DNA from: Antedon mediterranea
Taxonomy: Eukaryota > Animalia > Echinodermata
Assembly (NCBI RefSeq): GCF_964355755.1
Contig: NC_092674.1
Span: 1,860,001 to 1,924,000 of the forward strand
Direction of reading: 5' to 3'
Length of the DNA stretch: 64,000 nt
Each line of letters begins with the position of its first letter. Position 1 is the first letter of the stretch. The notes beneath the pieces are model-generated. The model ran no database searches, was not told the origin of the DNA, and saw only the letters and a program-made list of their open reading frames with translations. Below are positions 24,462 to 38,200 of the stretch, in pieces. The position numbers were made by a program, and so were the translations under genes.

Positions 24462-25420
24462 TTAAGTCCAGTGGATTAGATTTATATCTTTCTACAATTA
24501 ATACTACCTGAATGAGTGAGTATTTATTATTTAAATGGCGATCTTATTGACCTAGGTAGCCCTACCTTTTTAAATATATAGTTAGTTCTATGTGAAAACC
24601 TTTTTTTATCCATATATTTCTTTTTTCAATCTCTCTAATCACCAGACCCGTATCAAGATTTTCAATTTGTATGCAAAATGGCGTGACTTCACTCCGAGTT
24701 CATAGATTTCACGGTCCTGTCATTACTTTTGGTTTTCTTTTTTAAACTTTAATTTTAATTTGTTTTTAGCAATAATATAAATGAAAATCACATGTATCAA
24801 CTCATATTTCATTAGTCTTTATTGTGTAATGTAATTACATCGCAGAAATACAATGCACCAACTAGCGGTAATCCAGCACCAAACATATCATGTTACTAGA
24901 ACTTTTACGGATATTTACAATATTTAGTGACATTACTACAAACCAAACATTACGATACTTACATTATCGGCTAATTATTACTGTTTTTTTAGACTTCTTG
25001 AATCAGACTGTCCAGCAGGTAGGCCTACTTTACCGTACTAAACGTATCTGTTTTATTCAACAAACTTCGAGTGTAAACTTTCGTTAAAACCATACGCCAT
25101 ACTTGTAGTCTGTCACGTGATAATTGACTAATTTCCTATTTCAACATGAATCATTCCGTTTCCAATGTTAACAAAGTCAATTATTAATAATAATATTATT
25201 ATTGACAGTGACGTATTGCGGAAAGGTATCTAGGAGATGAGATTTCTTAAACATTACAATAAAAGCTCATTCAACAGCCTATATTATAGCTCCTACTCTC
25301 AAATTCTTCGAACACTGTCCTGAAATGTTGCCAACTGTATATAATGCTTACAATACTATAATTAGCATGCAAACAATATACACCTGGGCTAAGTTAAATA
25401 GTTTGTTTTTTCTGGATTAG

Positions 25421-25512
25421 AAATGCGTTCAAACGATGAAATAATGCGTTCAAACAATGAAATAATGCGTTCAAACGATGAAATAATGCGTTCAAACGAT
25501 GAAATAATGCGT
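25421..25512. repeat. Tandem repeat, 21 bp x4
   Basis: Unit aatgcgttcaaacgatgaaat. Confidence 0.9.
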
Positions 25513-25776
25513 TATGTGCAGATTTATCATCAATTTAGCAGCACACACAAGATAAGTTATTTCAAATCCTAAATTACATACACCTTAACTTTAATAACAC
25601 CAAATTCGTTTTAAAAATAATAGGTCAAAATAATGATACCACCACCACAACCAAAATAAATAGTGCCTTAGCTTAAAACTATCTCCAAGCATCAAACACA
25701 TTTTTAAAGCAATCCGTTCGACGCGAGCTTAATCCGACGTCGTAGGCTGTCGCAAGTAACATTTGACCAATCGTAA

Positions 25777-25955
25777 AGCGTGGTTCCCACTAGAACGCAA
25801 CGTAACGCAGCGACGTATCGACGCAACGTGCTGTATTGCGTAATCACAAGTGGGAACCGACGACGCAACAGGTGTGGGCAAACACAATTATTGGAAGGGA
25901 ATTTTCTTACGTTACGTAGGTTGCGTTACGTTACGTCGCTAGTGGGAACCACGCT
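25777..25955. mobile_element. MITE family B (TIR AGCxTGGTTCCCACTAG, acgca-rich), Harbinger-type
   Basis: TWA flanks. Further copies at ~25986-26032+28070-28207, 29372-29780, 30219-30321, 30448-30785, 32023-32152, 42465-42560, 50745-50910, 60217-60447. Confidence 0.82.
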
Positions 25956-26032
25956 TTATGGATCATAGCTTGCGATAGGTCACTGCTTGATTCCCACTAG
26001 AACGCAACGCAGCGACGTATCGACGCAAAGTG

Positions 26033-28069
26033 CAGGCCCGTATGCAGCATTTATAATGGGGGGGTGCGAGCGAAGCGAGCAACAATGGCTGGGGGCCAGG
26101 GGGCCGCCAAGGGCCCCCGGTCAGGGTCCAGGGGCCGAAGGCCCTGGAAAAATTTGCGTTATTTGACGTTCTAAAGACTGATGTAAGACTGTCTGTTGTG
26201 GCTTGGGCTAGTTGAACGATGGACACCAGAACTTAACGCTTTCATGATGAGGCCAACTCAGCAGGGGTGGCGCCAGGATCTTCCCGACGCGGGGGCTACA
26301 TTCCCCGATGAGGGGGCTATGCGAGCGAAGCGAGCATCACTAGGCTGAGGGCCAGGGGCCGCCAAGAGCCCCCGGTGGGGTCCAGGGGGGCGAAGCCCCC
26401 GGAAGCAACGCGTTCTAGCGTCATTTGAGGTCTTTTTAATCAGATTTAGGGTAGCCATTTTTTCCATTTTTTATAATGCATAAATAAAATACTGCGTGCA
26501 AAAAAACGATGCGCGATGACTGTTTCAATCCATATTTTTCAATTTAAAAAATAAAAGTTCAAAGAAAATTTAGAAAAATAGAGTTGGAGGTCCCGGAAAT
26601 TGGACTTATTATACTTCAAAACATGAAAAAAAATATATAAGTCCCTATCATGGGTTGTGACTGAGCTAAGAAATGTTTGAAAAATAGAGATGCTAGGTCT
26701 CGGAAAATGTACTTCTTGTTCTTCGAAATATGACCAGCTTTATTGTTGGGGCTGAGCTAAGAAAATGTTTAAAACTAGAGCTGCAGGTCTTCAAAAAATT
26801 GCATTTTATACTTTGGAAACATCAGGCCTAGAGGCTTAAAAAACGCAAGCGTAGACCTTTTTCAGTCGGGGAAAAAAGTTTATTCCTCCCAGGTGTATGC
26901 ATGCGTACCATCTGGACTTCCGAGTGGTGAGAAATTCATGACATACAGGATATTGAAAATGTAATAACTATAGCTATAATGTTGGCTAAGCGAAAATGGC
27001 ATGTTTTTTTGTTTAGTAATAGATGAAAAATTTATTTTAGGTGCCCCACGGTACAGAAGGTTACTTGTAAATTAAAAAATTGGTGAACAAACGAACAATT
27101 AACATAATTCGTTTTTGCTGTAGTGTAGCGTACGTCGACGCAGTACACGACGTAACCGTCGGTAAACTTCGCCTGGAAAATAACACATTACACATTTTGG
27201 TCCCTGGATGAAACTTGATATCACGCGTCTCGACCCAACGTTGAACGATTCGTACAAAGGGATACCGCCAGACAAGTGCGTACCTAGCTATTGTTTAGTA
27301 GTAAGTTAGATCGCTGGCAATAATGAATGCATATAAAGTGCATATTATCACTCTGACGTACTCTCACGGTCAATGAAACGTCGCGGTTTTCTAGGCGCTG
27401 AAGCTAGCTACGAAGTGAACGCGAACGCTTTTTACTGTATATTATATTCCCCGACAAAAAGTACACGTGTTCCCTTCGGTAACCGTCGGTAAACTTCGCC
27501 TGGAAAATAACTACATTACACATTTTGGTCCCTGGATGAAACTTGATATCACGCGTCTCGACCCAACGTTGAACGATTCGTACAAAAGGATACCGCCAGA
27601 CAAGTGCGTACCTAGCTAATGTTTATTAGTAAGTTAGATCGCTGGCAATAATGAATGCATAAAAGTGCATATTAGCCCTCTGACGTACTCTCACGGTCAA
27701 TGGAACATCGTGGTTTTCTAGGCGCTGAAGCTATATGAAGTGAACGCGAACGTTTTTACTGTATATTATACCGCGTACCGCGTACATGAAGCGCTAAGCT
27801 ATTGCTTGTCGTCACATGATCGACTGCGCATGTTTTACATCGAGTTTGTAGTCAGTTCAGATTCCGTAATTTAATTACCGGTATTTTTTCATTTTATATT
27901 AGCATATTTTTGTTTGTATACCATTGATAATGTAAATTTTGTATATATATAATGATATTGTCTTTAGTTAAACAAGACAAGAAAAAATACCAACCGAGGA
28001 AATAGTGGACCTTTTGGGACTTGGGGGGGTGCGTCTGCACCCAACGCACCCCCCCTGGATACGGGCCTG
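26033..28069. mobile_element. 2.0-kb non-autonomous DNA transposon nested in a family B MITE
   Basis: TIR CAGGCCCGTAT.CAG / CTGGATACGGGCCTG; 5-bp TSD AAGTG at 26028-26032 and 28070-28074; internal 327-bp tandem duplication at 27152-27770; no transposase ORF. Confidence 0.87.
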
Positions 28070-28754
28070 AAGTGTTGTATTGCGTAACCACAAGTGGGAA
28101 CCGACGACGCAAACATCGCTAGTTTGATTTCAGGCAGGCGGGGGAAAACACAATTACTAGAAGGACATTTGCTTACGTTGCGTCGCGTCGCTAGTGGAAA
28201 CCAAGCTTAAGTCTAACAATCTATTAATTAATGATAGTCTAATCGTTAAAATTGTATCATACTACCTAATGGCATTTAAAAACCACGATCTATATAAATG
28301 AATGTTTACACCTATGATACTATTTAATTTTCTGGTTCTAAATATAAGTGTTCCCCAATCCATAGATTGTGTTGTGGTGGTCATCATCACCACCAACATA
28401 ATGGTTAAAATAAGGTTTTTTTATACACTTATTAATAATGTACTGTATATTGTTTTTCTGATTCTAAAATCGTACGTTCCTAATTCCATGATTATATATA
28501 TATAAAGTTTTAGTCGGAAAGTTCTGACACTAAAGTGATCAAGTCAACTGTTCAAACATTATGATGATGCGTTGAGTGCCCATTCCATATATTTTGTCTA
28601 TGTAAAAGTTTAAAGGTTCAACAACATTTCGGATAGTTTTCACACTATAGTTATCAAATAGTCTACACGTCACGGATTTTGTGACGTCATATAATCGGGT
28701 ACATCGTCATTTTTAAATATCCGAACCAAAACCAGCAATAACGTTGAGTTTCAG

Positions 28755-29275
28755 TTAAAGCATCTGAGTGAAAATAACGGAATCAATGATGACAATGCAA
28801 ATCAGGTAAATCCACAAAAAAAGACGATCAAGAACGCTAGCAACCAGTTGCCAATCGCTTATTAGTTGATCTGTTTTCTCTTTTTCTGCAAAATGTTCCA
28901 CAAGAAATCTCTGGTTACGCAACATTTCTCGGCATACAGGATCAGACGCCGACTCCATCGATGAAAGTGATCGCATGTTGTTGCGCGTACCATTCAAACG
29001 TTTTTCGCGCGTAGTTATATCGATCGGGTCTTCCTGTGGGCCCATATCCATATCCGTGTAAATAGTCTGTGTTATGGGCTCGTAGACTCGTTTCGAGTTG
29101 CTTCGCTGAATTTTTTTAACGTGAACATGAAGACATAGAGGGCGAGCAAGAAATTGCAAGAAAACCACTTGCATCCATCTTGGAAGTGGAGTTTGTCGAT
29201 GGTGACAGTTTAGCACTAGTATAGTCATTAATAAAGATATGGAAACACACATTATTGTGATGATATAAAATCGAG
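28755..29275 (-). CDS. nAChR exon 8 (M3, cytoplasmic loop, M4, stop)
   Basis: RFYIITIMCVSISLLMTILVLNCHHR...DWQLVASVLDRLFLWIYL...TQML*. Confidence 0.95.
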
Positions 29276-32200
29276 CTGCAAAGAAGAAAAGGACATTTGT
29301 TATTACGTATAGGTACAGTATATGATTTGAACTCGATCGTCACCAGGACGAGTTAAGTTTAATTAATATTAAGCGTGGTTCCCACTAGAGACGCAACTCA
29401 AGGACGTACGCGCAACGCAAGCGAGTTGACAAATGACAAGAGACAGTTTGAATAATCCATCGCTGTGATAGGTCAAATCCCTTACGTTGCGTTACGTCAT
29501 TGTGTTGCGTCGCTAGAGGGAACCAAGTGTTAGGACGCAACGCATGGACGTGAGTGCAACAAAAGTAATCACGACGCGATGTAGTGGCGGATTCACTGCG
29601 TCGTGACTTGTGCGGTGTACTTACAACCTTGCGTTGTGTCCAAGGAGGGGACGCAACGCAAGGATGTACGCGCAACGCAAGCGAGTTAACCAATGACAAG
29701 AGACAGTTTGAATAATCCATCGCTTGTGATTGGTCAAATCCCTTACGTTGCGTTACGTCGTTGTGTTGCGTCTCAAGCCTTACGTAACGTTCATGTTGAA
29801 TTACACCTGCGCTGACATTGAAATAGAACAGAAAACTTACACAATATTGGAATATCACTTCCGCTGGCTGGCATATTCTCAGCCACAACTAACATAAACA
29901 CTGTTAATGACAAAAGTACTGTGATTCCCAGCGAAACTTTTTCTCCAGAGTTACATGGTAAAATGAATTCCACCAATGACATTGCAGATATCACCAAACA
30001 CGGCACAACCAGATTCAGAAAGTAAAACAGAGGGCGTCGTTTGATTTCCAATCTAAAAGTTACACTGGCGTATGTTTTATCAGGACAACAGCTAAATGTT
30101 TCTAACTCTTTCTTGTGAGCGATTTCTACAAATTAATGAAACAATACAAATACAATTAATACATTCAAATCAATAGAAAAGCATATTGATAGGTTTGTTG
30201 CCAAGTACCAATTCTAAAACTTGGTTTCCATTTAGATGCAAAGCATCCCAAGTATCGCTTGATCGCTCAACTCACTTTCGTTGCGCCTACGTCGTTGCGT
30301 TGCGTCAGTGGGAACCAAGCTTAAAATAGCCTTGGTTGTAACAACCAGGCCTCCGTGTAACAATCACCCAGTTGGTTTCTTTTATTCGCTTACATAGAGT
30401 ACCGTTTTGATACTTAACTCCATAATATTAACAGTGCGCGTTCGTTAAAGCTTGTTTTACAGAACGCAACGCAATGACGTAAGCGTAACGTTTCGTTCCC
30501 ACTATATACGCAATACAAGGACGTAGAGTTGGCCGGCTAAAGACAAGCAACAGTTCGAATAATCCATCGCGTGTGATTAGTCAAATTACTTATCGTTGCC
30601 TTAAACTCTGTCTACACTATAAAACTTTATATGACGTGCCCACCATAAGTGGTATGACATCATCATGTCCATATATTGTCACATAAAGTTTAATATAACT
30701 GATTTGACCAATCACAGGCAATGGATTATTCGAACTGTCGCTTGTCTTGTCAAGTGCGTTGCGTCCAAATGAGAACAAAGCTGTAAGCGTTAGCACGCGT
30801 CATCCGTTTTCGTCCATATTAAATAAACTTACCAAGTGTGTCCCATTCGCCGTTATGATTGTAGTTCGACGCGTCAGCTGTATCATCGAAGTAGTCAATG
30901 TACTTGGTGTCGTGTTGCCACGAACCAAACTTCAATCGACATACCTGCCAACAAATGTTATCAATAGAAATTGAATACAAGTCTGTAGTAATTTCGAGGC
31001 TTTTTACAAGCTCAAGTAGTATATGTATGAAACGCCATATGTGCCAAAATATATATATCTGTTTACTAATATTAAGTCAAAACTCCGTCTGGAACACAGA
31101 CTATAGTTTACTGAGTAGCATGGGGGATTTATATATTACGAGGACATGTTCGTATAGGCCTACTTCCTTAAAGTCTCAAATGTATTCCTACATATAAAGC
31201 TTAAAATTAATTCATGCTAAATGATATAATATACAAATAATAAATGTTTAATAGTGCGTACTATTGCACGCCATGTGACCCACAATCTTCTAATCAAATG
31301 GCAGGAATTTATTTAAGTGTTTTATAACACATACTATTATAATACAGTAATCAGCTCTCACCTGTTTATCAAACGGATAGAGGTAGACATCAACAGAGCA
31401 ATGAGATTTGATCGTAAGGGGCGCACTCCAATCCACACTACCATTTTCCGTTACGATTACGTTAGTGGTTACCGTCATGAACGGTTCGTTAGAACTTTCA
31501 TCACGACTGAAAAATTACAAAACATTACAAACAACAAATGTCATTATTACGTTTGTGGCACTGCTGCTGCAACTCTTAGTGCTTAACATATGTAATGTAA
31601 CTCCCTCTATGAAACACTTTTTTGTTTCAATTTTTAGAAATTAACATGTATTTTTATTCGTAATTCTTTTTGTTCCCCTTTTAACAGGCCCATTAATTAC
31701 CCACATCAAATATATGAAAAAAAAGCTAACAAATAATAATGAATACAGTTTAAAAAATAAAATTACTTCGAGGTGATGTCTGAGTGTTTTGGGGGGTAAT
31801 CAATTACCTCACCCCTCATTCGATTTTAAATGCACGAGTAACGGTTAATTAACACAGACGAGCAGTAACGGTAGGCGGAAAACCGCGTAAACTTGTCCAA
31901 CGTAGAATCTGTATCTATCCTGAGCGGAAACTACCCGTCTGCTCCGCGTTGTGTGGTCTTAAGGATTAACATAGATTCTATTTGTTATTAACGTTACCGC
32001 TCGTCTGTGTGAATTGGCCTTAAGCTTGGTTCTCACTAGGACGCAACGCAAGGACGTAGACGCAACTGTTTGAATAATCTATCGCTTGAAATTGGTCAAA
32101 CCACTTTGCGTTGCGTTACGTCCTTGCATTGCGTACCAGTGGGAACCAAGCTTTAACGGTACGACGTGCTTACGTGTTGTATAATATTGTATCGGGAAGC

Positions 32201-35200
32201 CAAACTTTGCTTGCAGGCACACGGATGACGTCCAGGCCTTGGTAGTCGCTTGAGTTCCACACTAAGTATTCATCTTTCCAACGCTACAATTAATAGAACA
32301 CAATTTTAAAATAATAGTCATTAGGCCTATTGTTCCATTATTGTTCTTTATACATTATTCATACTGTGAAAGTCAATAATATAATGTGTAGAACATTGAG
32401 TAATGTCGTCAGCACACGTCGCCAAATAAACAAACTACACCAAAAAATCACTTTCGCAGACTGATTATGTTTTTTTTTTATAATTTGACTGTTCATAAAT
32501 CAGCGCCAAAAGTCAATGAACTGTTGGCTGAATAGGATATACGTCAGTACAAGAGTTTGCAAATTGTGAGTGAGTATTGTGGGCAGAATCTGTCGTCATA
32601 TAAGAGAGGTGTAATAAGCCGAAGGCTAGAGGGCCTACTTCGGCTGTATCAACTCTTTGGGTCATACAAATATATGTTAAAGGTCAGGCCCGGGCTTCTT
32701 GAATAAGAACGAATCGATGACGTTTGTAATAGAATGATTACAAAAAATTAAAAATAGGATCGTTCCCATTATTTCGGATTCCGTGTGTGAACGCAGTGCT
32801 CGAAAAACGTAACGTAGACCATGAGTGGTCAGCCAAGTACCGAACCGACCCGGGCTGGCGCAGTGTGAACGCTTTAATGTGATGAGATAATTGATGATGA
32901 TGTATAATGAAAAAGATACTGCGGTACATACTTCATCTCATCCGTCTTCAGCTTTGTCTACTAGTGTGACAAAAAAAGATGTGTCCAAATATGGTATAAT
33001 TGATATACCAAAAAATATGGTAGTGATATGACATCATCATGTCCATATATGGGCACATCACATTTTTTTCTAAAACATTTGATACTGTAGACAGTACTTA
33101 CACATTCAGATTAAATTCAACACCTACTTTTCCAGCACATGAATATATATTGTGTTGTGAGATTTGATATAATGCTTGAAATCCCAAATGATACCAAGAA
33201 TGACAATCAATAATTAACTTTTGAGTCATTTAGCGATCATTTACGCGCGCGTACGCGTGAAAATTGATAGCCAATCAGTCTCAAGAGTGATGCAATTATA
33301 TGCTTGTGATAATTGTCATTTGTATTCTTTGAATAGTTAGTAAATAAAATTAAGATTAGTGTTAAATATCATTTTATAATTTGTATTCATGTCTCGATTT
33401 CTCATTGAAACATCATCGTCTTACTAATTCGTATCATTTTACCAGCTTTAATGGATGATAGATGTGCTATTTCAGCTCTGCTTTAAGCAATGCTGTCAAA
33501 GACGGGGCTTAAAATCGATGATACAAAAATCTTTTTATCTAACCTTGGCCAAGATACAATTTACTGTATAGGCCTAGTAATTATAGAAAGTTAAAGTACG
33601 GTATACCTTTCGCGGCAGTGTAATATTGCTAGCCATTGATTGGATTAAACAGCTTATCAACTAAGTGCCTTCAGAACACCTTTCCACGTGATACCTGAGA
33701 TTGCCTAGTCAATATACTCAGACTTCTGGTGGATATTTCATTTGGATTAGGTCAAACATTGACAAGAGAAATCGTTAAAATACTATAGGCCCACTTGACT
33801 TGTCGTTATCTATCGTTAAATCCAAAGTGCCGATCAATAAGACATTACATACAAACTTTAATTAAAACCGACCACCACCTGGCTGTGAAATATACATACA
33901 GAAAATGAATACAATATGTGTGATGTTATACTACGAGGAGATATAGCGAGAATGCGTACATAGCGTGAGTGCATACATAGTGCGAGTTCGTACATTGTAT
34001 TATTGCGTACATTGTGTGAGTGCGTACATTGTATGAGTGCGTACATTATGTGGGTGCGTACATAGTGTGAGTGCGTACATTGTGTGAGTGCGTACATTAT
34101 GTGAGTGCGTACATAGTGTGAGTACGTACATTGTGTGAGTGCGTACATTATGTGGGTGCGTACATAGTGTGAGTGCGTACATAGTGTGAGTGCGAACATA
34201 ACGTGGGTGCGTACATAGTGTGAGTGCGTACATTATGTGAGTGCGTACATAGTGCGAGTGCATACATTGTATGAGTGCGTACATTGTGTAAGTGCGAACA
34301 TAGCGTGGGTGCGTACATATTGTGAGTGCGCATGTTGTGTGTGTGCGTATATAATGTGAGTGCGTACATTTAGTATGTGCATAAATAACGTGTGTGCATG
34401 TACATTTATGAGTGCGTACATAGTGTGAGTGCGTACATAGCGTGAGTGCGTACATAGCGTGAGTGCGTACATAGCGTGAGTGCGTACATAGCGGGACGAT
34501 GGTGTACATGCCGTTAGCACATAGGTGACCGATCTTTATAAAGTGTATCTACTAATCAAAGGTAACTTTTAATCAGCTCTCAATATCTTACTTACCTGCG
34601 TCAGCCAAACCATCATGCTAAGGTATTGATACTTTTCGTTCTAATTAAAAGAAATAAATGTTTGTAAGCAATTAGAATTACAAAACTAAGAGGAAATACA
34701 AAGGCACAGTTTACAATTTCAAAGCAGGCCTGTTTTAAAATTGTTTAATTATTATTCTTCCATGTCAACTAAAATAACGCACTAAATCCGTCTCCCTACA
34801 CACATCAATATTAAACCGACATAACAAAACATGTGCACATGGATTGTTGGAAAGAAATATATACGCATCAACTTAAAATTAGATTTGACGAGCGAAAACG
34901 AAAGGCAAAGATCTCTCTCATTGCATCATCTGTTTGTTTTTAATATAAGATAAGTTTGTTTTGTCATTTCCTTTATTTCGAGATAAATTCTAAACACTAG
35001 TGCAATTATAGCATGTCATTAAGAGTTTAAACCCAGTAATTACAGCCGTTTATTTGCTAAAATCTGGAAAAATAAAATATGAGTATACAGGTATGTGTGC
35101 TGGATACTGTACCTGGTGATCATTGTGATAATAATCATTGTGATGATGGTGACCATTGTGATAATGATCATTGTGATGATAGTGATCAGCGTGAAATTAC

Positions 35201-38200
35201 CATTGTGATGATGGTGATCATGTGATAATGATCATTGTGATGATGGTGATCATTGTGATAATGAGCATTGTGATGGTGGTGATCATTGTGATGATTGTGA
35301 TCATGTGATAACGATCATTGTGATAATGAGCATTGTGATGATGGTGATCATTGTGATGATGGTAATCATTGTGACCTATTGTGATGATGGTGATCACTGT
35401 GATGATGGTGATCATTGTAATGATGGTGATCATTATGATGATGGTCATCATTGTAATGATGGTGATCATATATAGTCTCCAGAATCATATACAACCCCAG
35501 GGAGCAGAGAGCATGCGTGATAGAACCAAAATAACCATCACTTTTGGCAGTTTTTCTTGCCGTAAATAATGCCTTTTTCCTCCAGAAAGGAATCGCATTT
35601 CCTTTTAATGTTGTCTATGTTACACGGTGATTCGGCTTGATATTGGAAAGATTAACATTTTGGCGCACATGGGGTGAAATAGTATACTAGTGGAGCACTC
35701 GTAGAAATACTAACCACATAAACAACACAATGGCAGAGACTACTTTTGTAGAAGACACACTCTACACTCTTAGTCAGTGATAATGAGCTACTTACGACAT
35801 TATTTATTTGACTCAAGTAAAGTTCCACTGATACTGTGATGTTATCCGTTTCGTTTTTGACGGGTCGTACCAGTTTATTGTAACTACTTTTCTCAAATAA
35901 ATCATACAAAAGATCTTTCTGCTGACGAGATCCAAGTGTTCCTAAACAGAATAACGATAAATACAATGTTACATGAGGCTGGCCTGGTTACAGGAAAGTT
36001 GTTTTCCACTAGTGAAACAAGTAGCGGAAACAGTATAGGTCTTTACTTTAACTAATCAAGCCTATTTTTCACCAATCTTGAGATACAACTTAGCAGGAGC
36101 GGATTCAATGGGATGGGGAGGGGCAGCCGGACCGGGCCTCCTCTAAATTTCACAAGTTATAATGCCAAAGAAAAGACATCAAAATAGGTTCAGAACTTCA
36201 TTTCACTACTTTTAGGCCACTGCGTAAGAAGTCATAGATTTTGGTGAAAAACAAGCTATCAGAAGATACTAAAAAGGATATATGTCGCAAACCTATCGAC
36301 AATCTAAGAACATGAAAAAAGATGTAACTTTTAAAATAGTATAAAGGTGTGGAAATCACGTGGCACACAAGTAATGACACGCAATGAACACGCGTCCTTT
36401 AGCGCACGCTCACATGGACATGCGCAGTAGATATATTAAAAGCTGTGGTAATATCGAATCAAAGGTTATAAAATCAAATCAAATGTCAAATACTACTTCT
36501 CCTTCTCATGTTTTACTAATTCCATAATTTGACAAATTGGAGGACGATCAAGTAAATATGGTTATAAATACTAATAACATTTTAATAGTTAATTTGGATA
36601 CTAATAATGCAAATTCAGATTTACAGCAATTTGTGTCTTCAATTCGCTAATTATAAAACTTAATTTGTTTAAAAGATTAGAAAATGGAATTTTAGATGCA
36701 CTTATAACTATAATAATCTAATATTGTGGACATTAGTATTCCGTAATTTAAATTACATGAAATTAAGAATTAGAACTCGAAATAAATAATCTTATATTTG
36801 AATGATCAATGATTTTTTTATTCTAATTTGCGACGATAAGTGTACATGGGATTTGATTTATCGATAAAAAAACGATTTTTTTACGATTTAAAAAAGTGTA
36901 TTAGCTTAATTTTAATTACAGAAAATTAATAAATAAAGCTGTACAATGCTTGTTAAATTACTCGTGATAATCGAAGTGTCCCTTCTGAGCGAATTCTCCC
37001 GAGACGTGCTAATTATGTAGAAAAGCTGCTTAACTTGCGTTTATATCCGTCTTTACAATCTAAAACTACAACTCAAATTCACTTAATGAAAAATCACTGT
37101 CGGAGTTTGGACGCTACCGGCTGTGTATTGATTTTGTCTTAACTGTTGTCTTTCAATTTGTGTTGAAGGCATCAACTGTCTATGACATCTACCATAAAGG
37201 CTATCATGCTAAGTGTAGCCTAAGTGTTATCATATAATGCGTTGCAAATTTGGTAGAGAAATTTTAAACAAATAAATTAAATCCCCTCCAGAAAATCATA
37301 ATTTTGAATATTTAATTGCATTGCACACCACGTTGCAGCACAGAAGTAGAGCGTAAACAGTTTCTGCGCATGCTTCAAATAGTGTTCTGACACCTCAACT
37401 CTCCCAGCCGAACCTCCTCTCAACACACTTTTATCTCCCTGAATAGTTTAGACAATCGTAAACGACGAAAACATAAATTGGCCTAGGCCTACTTGTTGAA
37501 TATAGTTGTACTTTTATCAGTGAAGATTTATGTTTACTTGGTTAATTGTAAATTACGCGGGTTGTAGATTCAAAATCTTGTTGTGATTGTACTATAGAAC
37601 TGTTTTGATTATGTTTATAATTATAATGTACTTACGTACGTCCGTTATGATGGTAAATATATTACCACTATCATAACCATAAACAAAGCATAACAATAAT
37701 TCAACATGTAATTTACTAATATTCCATAGCAAGAAGCGCGAACATGAATATTGTACGTGTATATAATACACGCCATTAATACAGGCTTCTCTATTAAATA
37801 TTATGAATATATATAAATATGAATTGTGTATTTCGGTACGAGTGCCATCCATATGTTTTAACAATGGCATTCGATTTCAATCGATAAATTTCCTTAAAAA
37901 TACTAAACTTTATCGTAAAAAAAGAATATTCATCAGAATAATTCATTTTTGGAAATTGCATTCCTTAAATATTGATATTTTTTATTTTAAAAATCAATTT
38001 TAAAAATATAGAATATTATTATATTATGATTTGAGTTCATAGTTCAATCAAAGTGGAGGAGAATTGAGTAGACGTAGACATTCAAATTAGCACTAGAATC
38101 TGATTTGAAAGCTATTTATTTATTTATTATTTTATGTCTTTAGGCAATGTGGCCAAGAATTACCAATTAATGACTGTCCTATCAGATAGGTGGTAATCCC

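Noticed and set aside
25963-26467. GC-rich Pro/Gly ORFs
   Set aside because: They lie in the subterminal repeats of the 2-kb transposon and have no transposase motifs.
29385-29840. 167-aa ORF overlapping nAChR intron 7
   Set aside because: It is made of family B MITE sequence.
33858-35569. Repetitive ORFs (YVRTH-, MITII- and His-rich)
   Set aside because: These are translations of intronic low-complexity repeats; the nAChR exon chain is complete without them.
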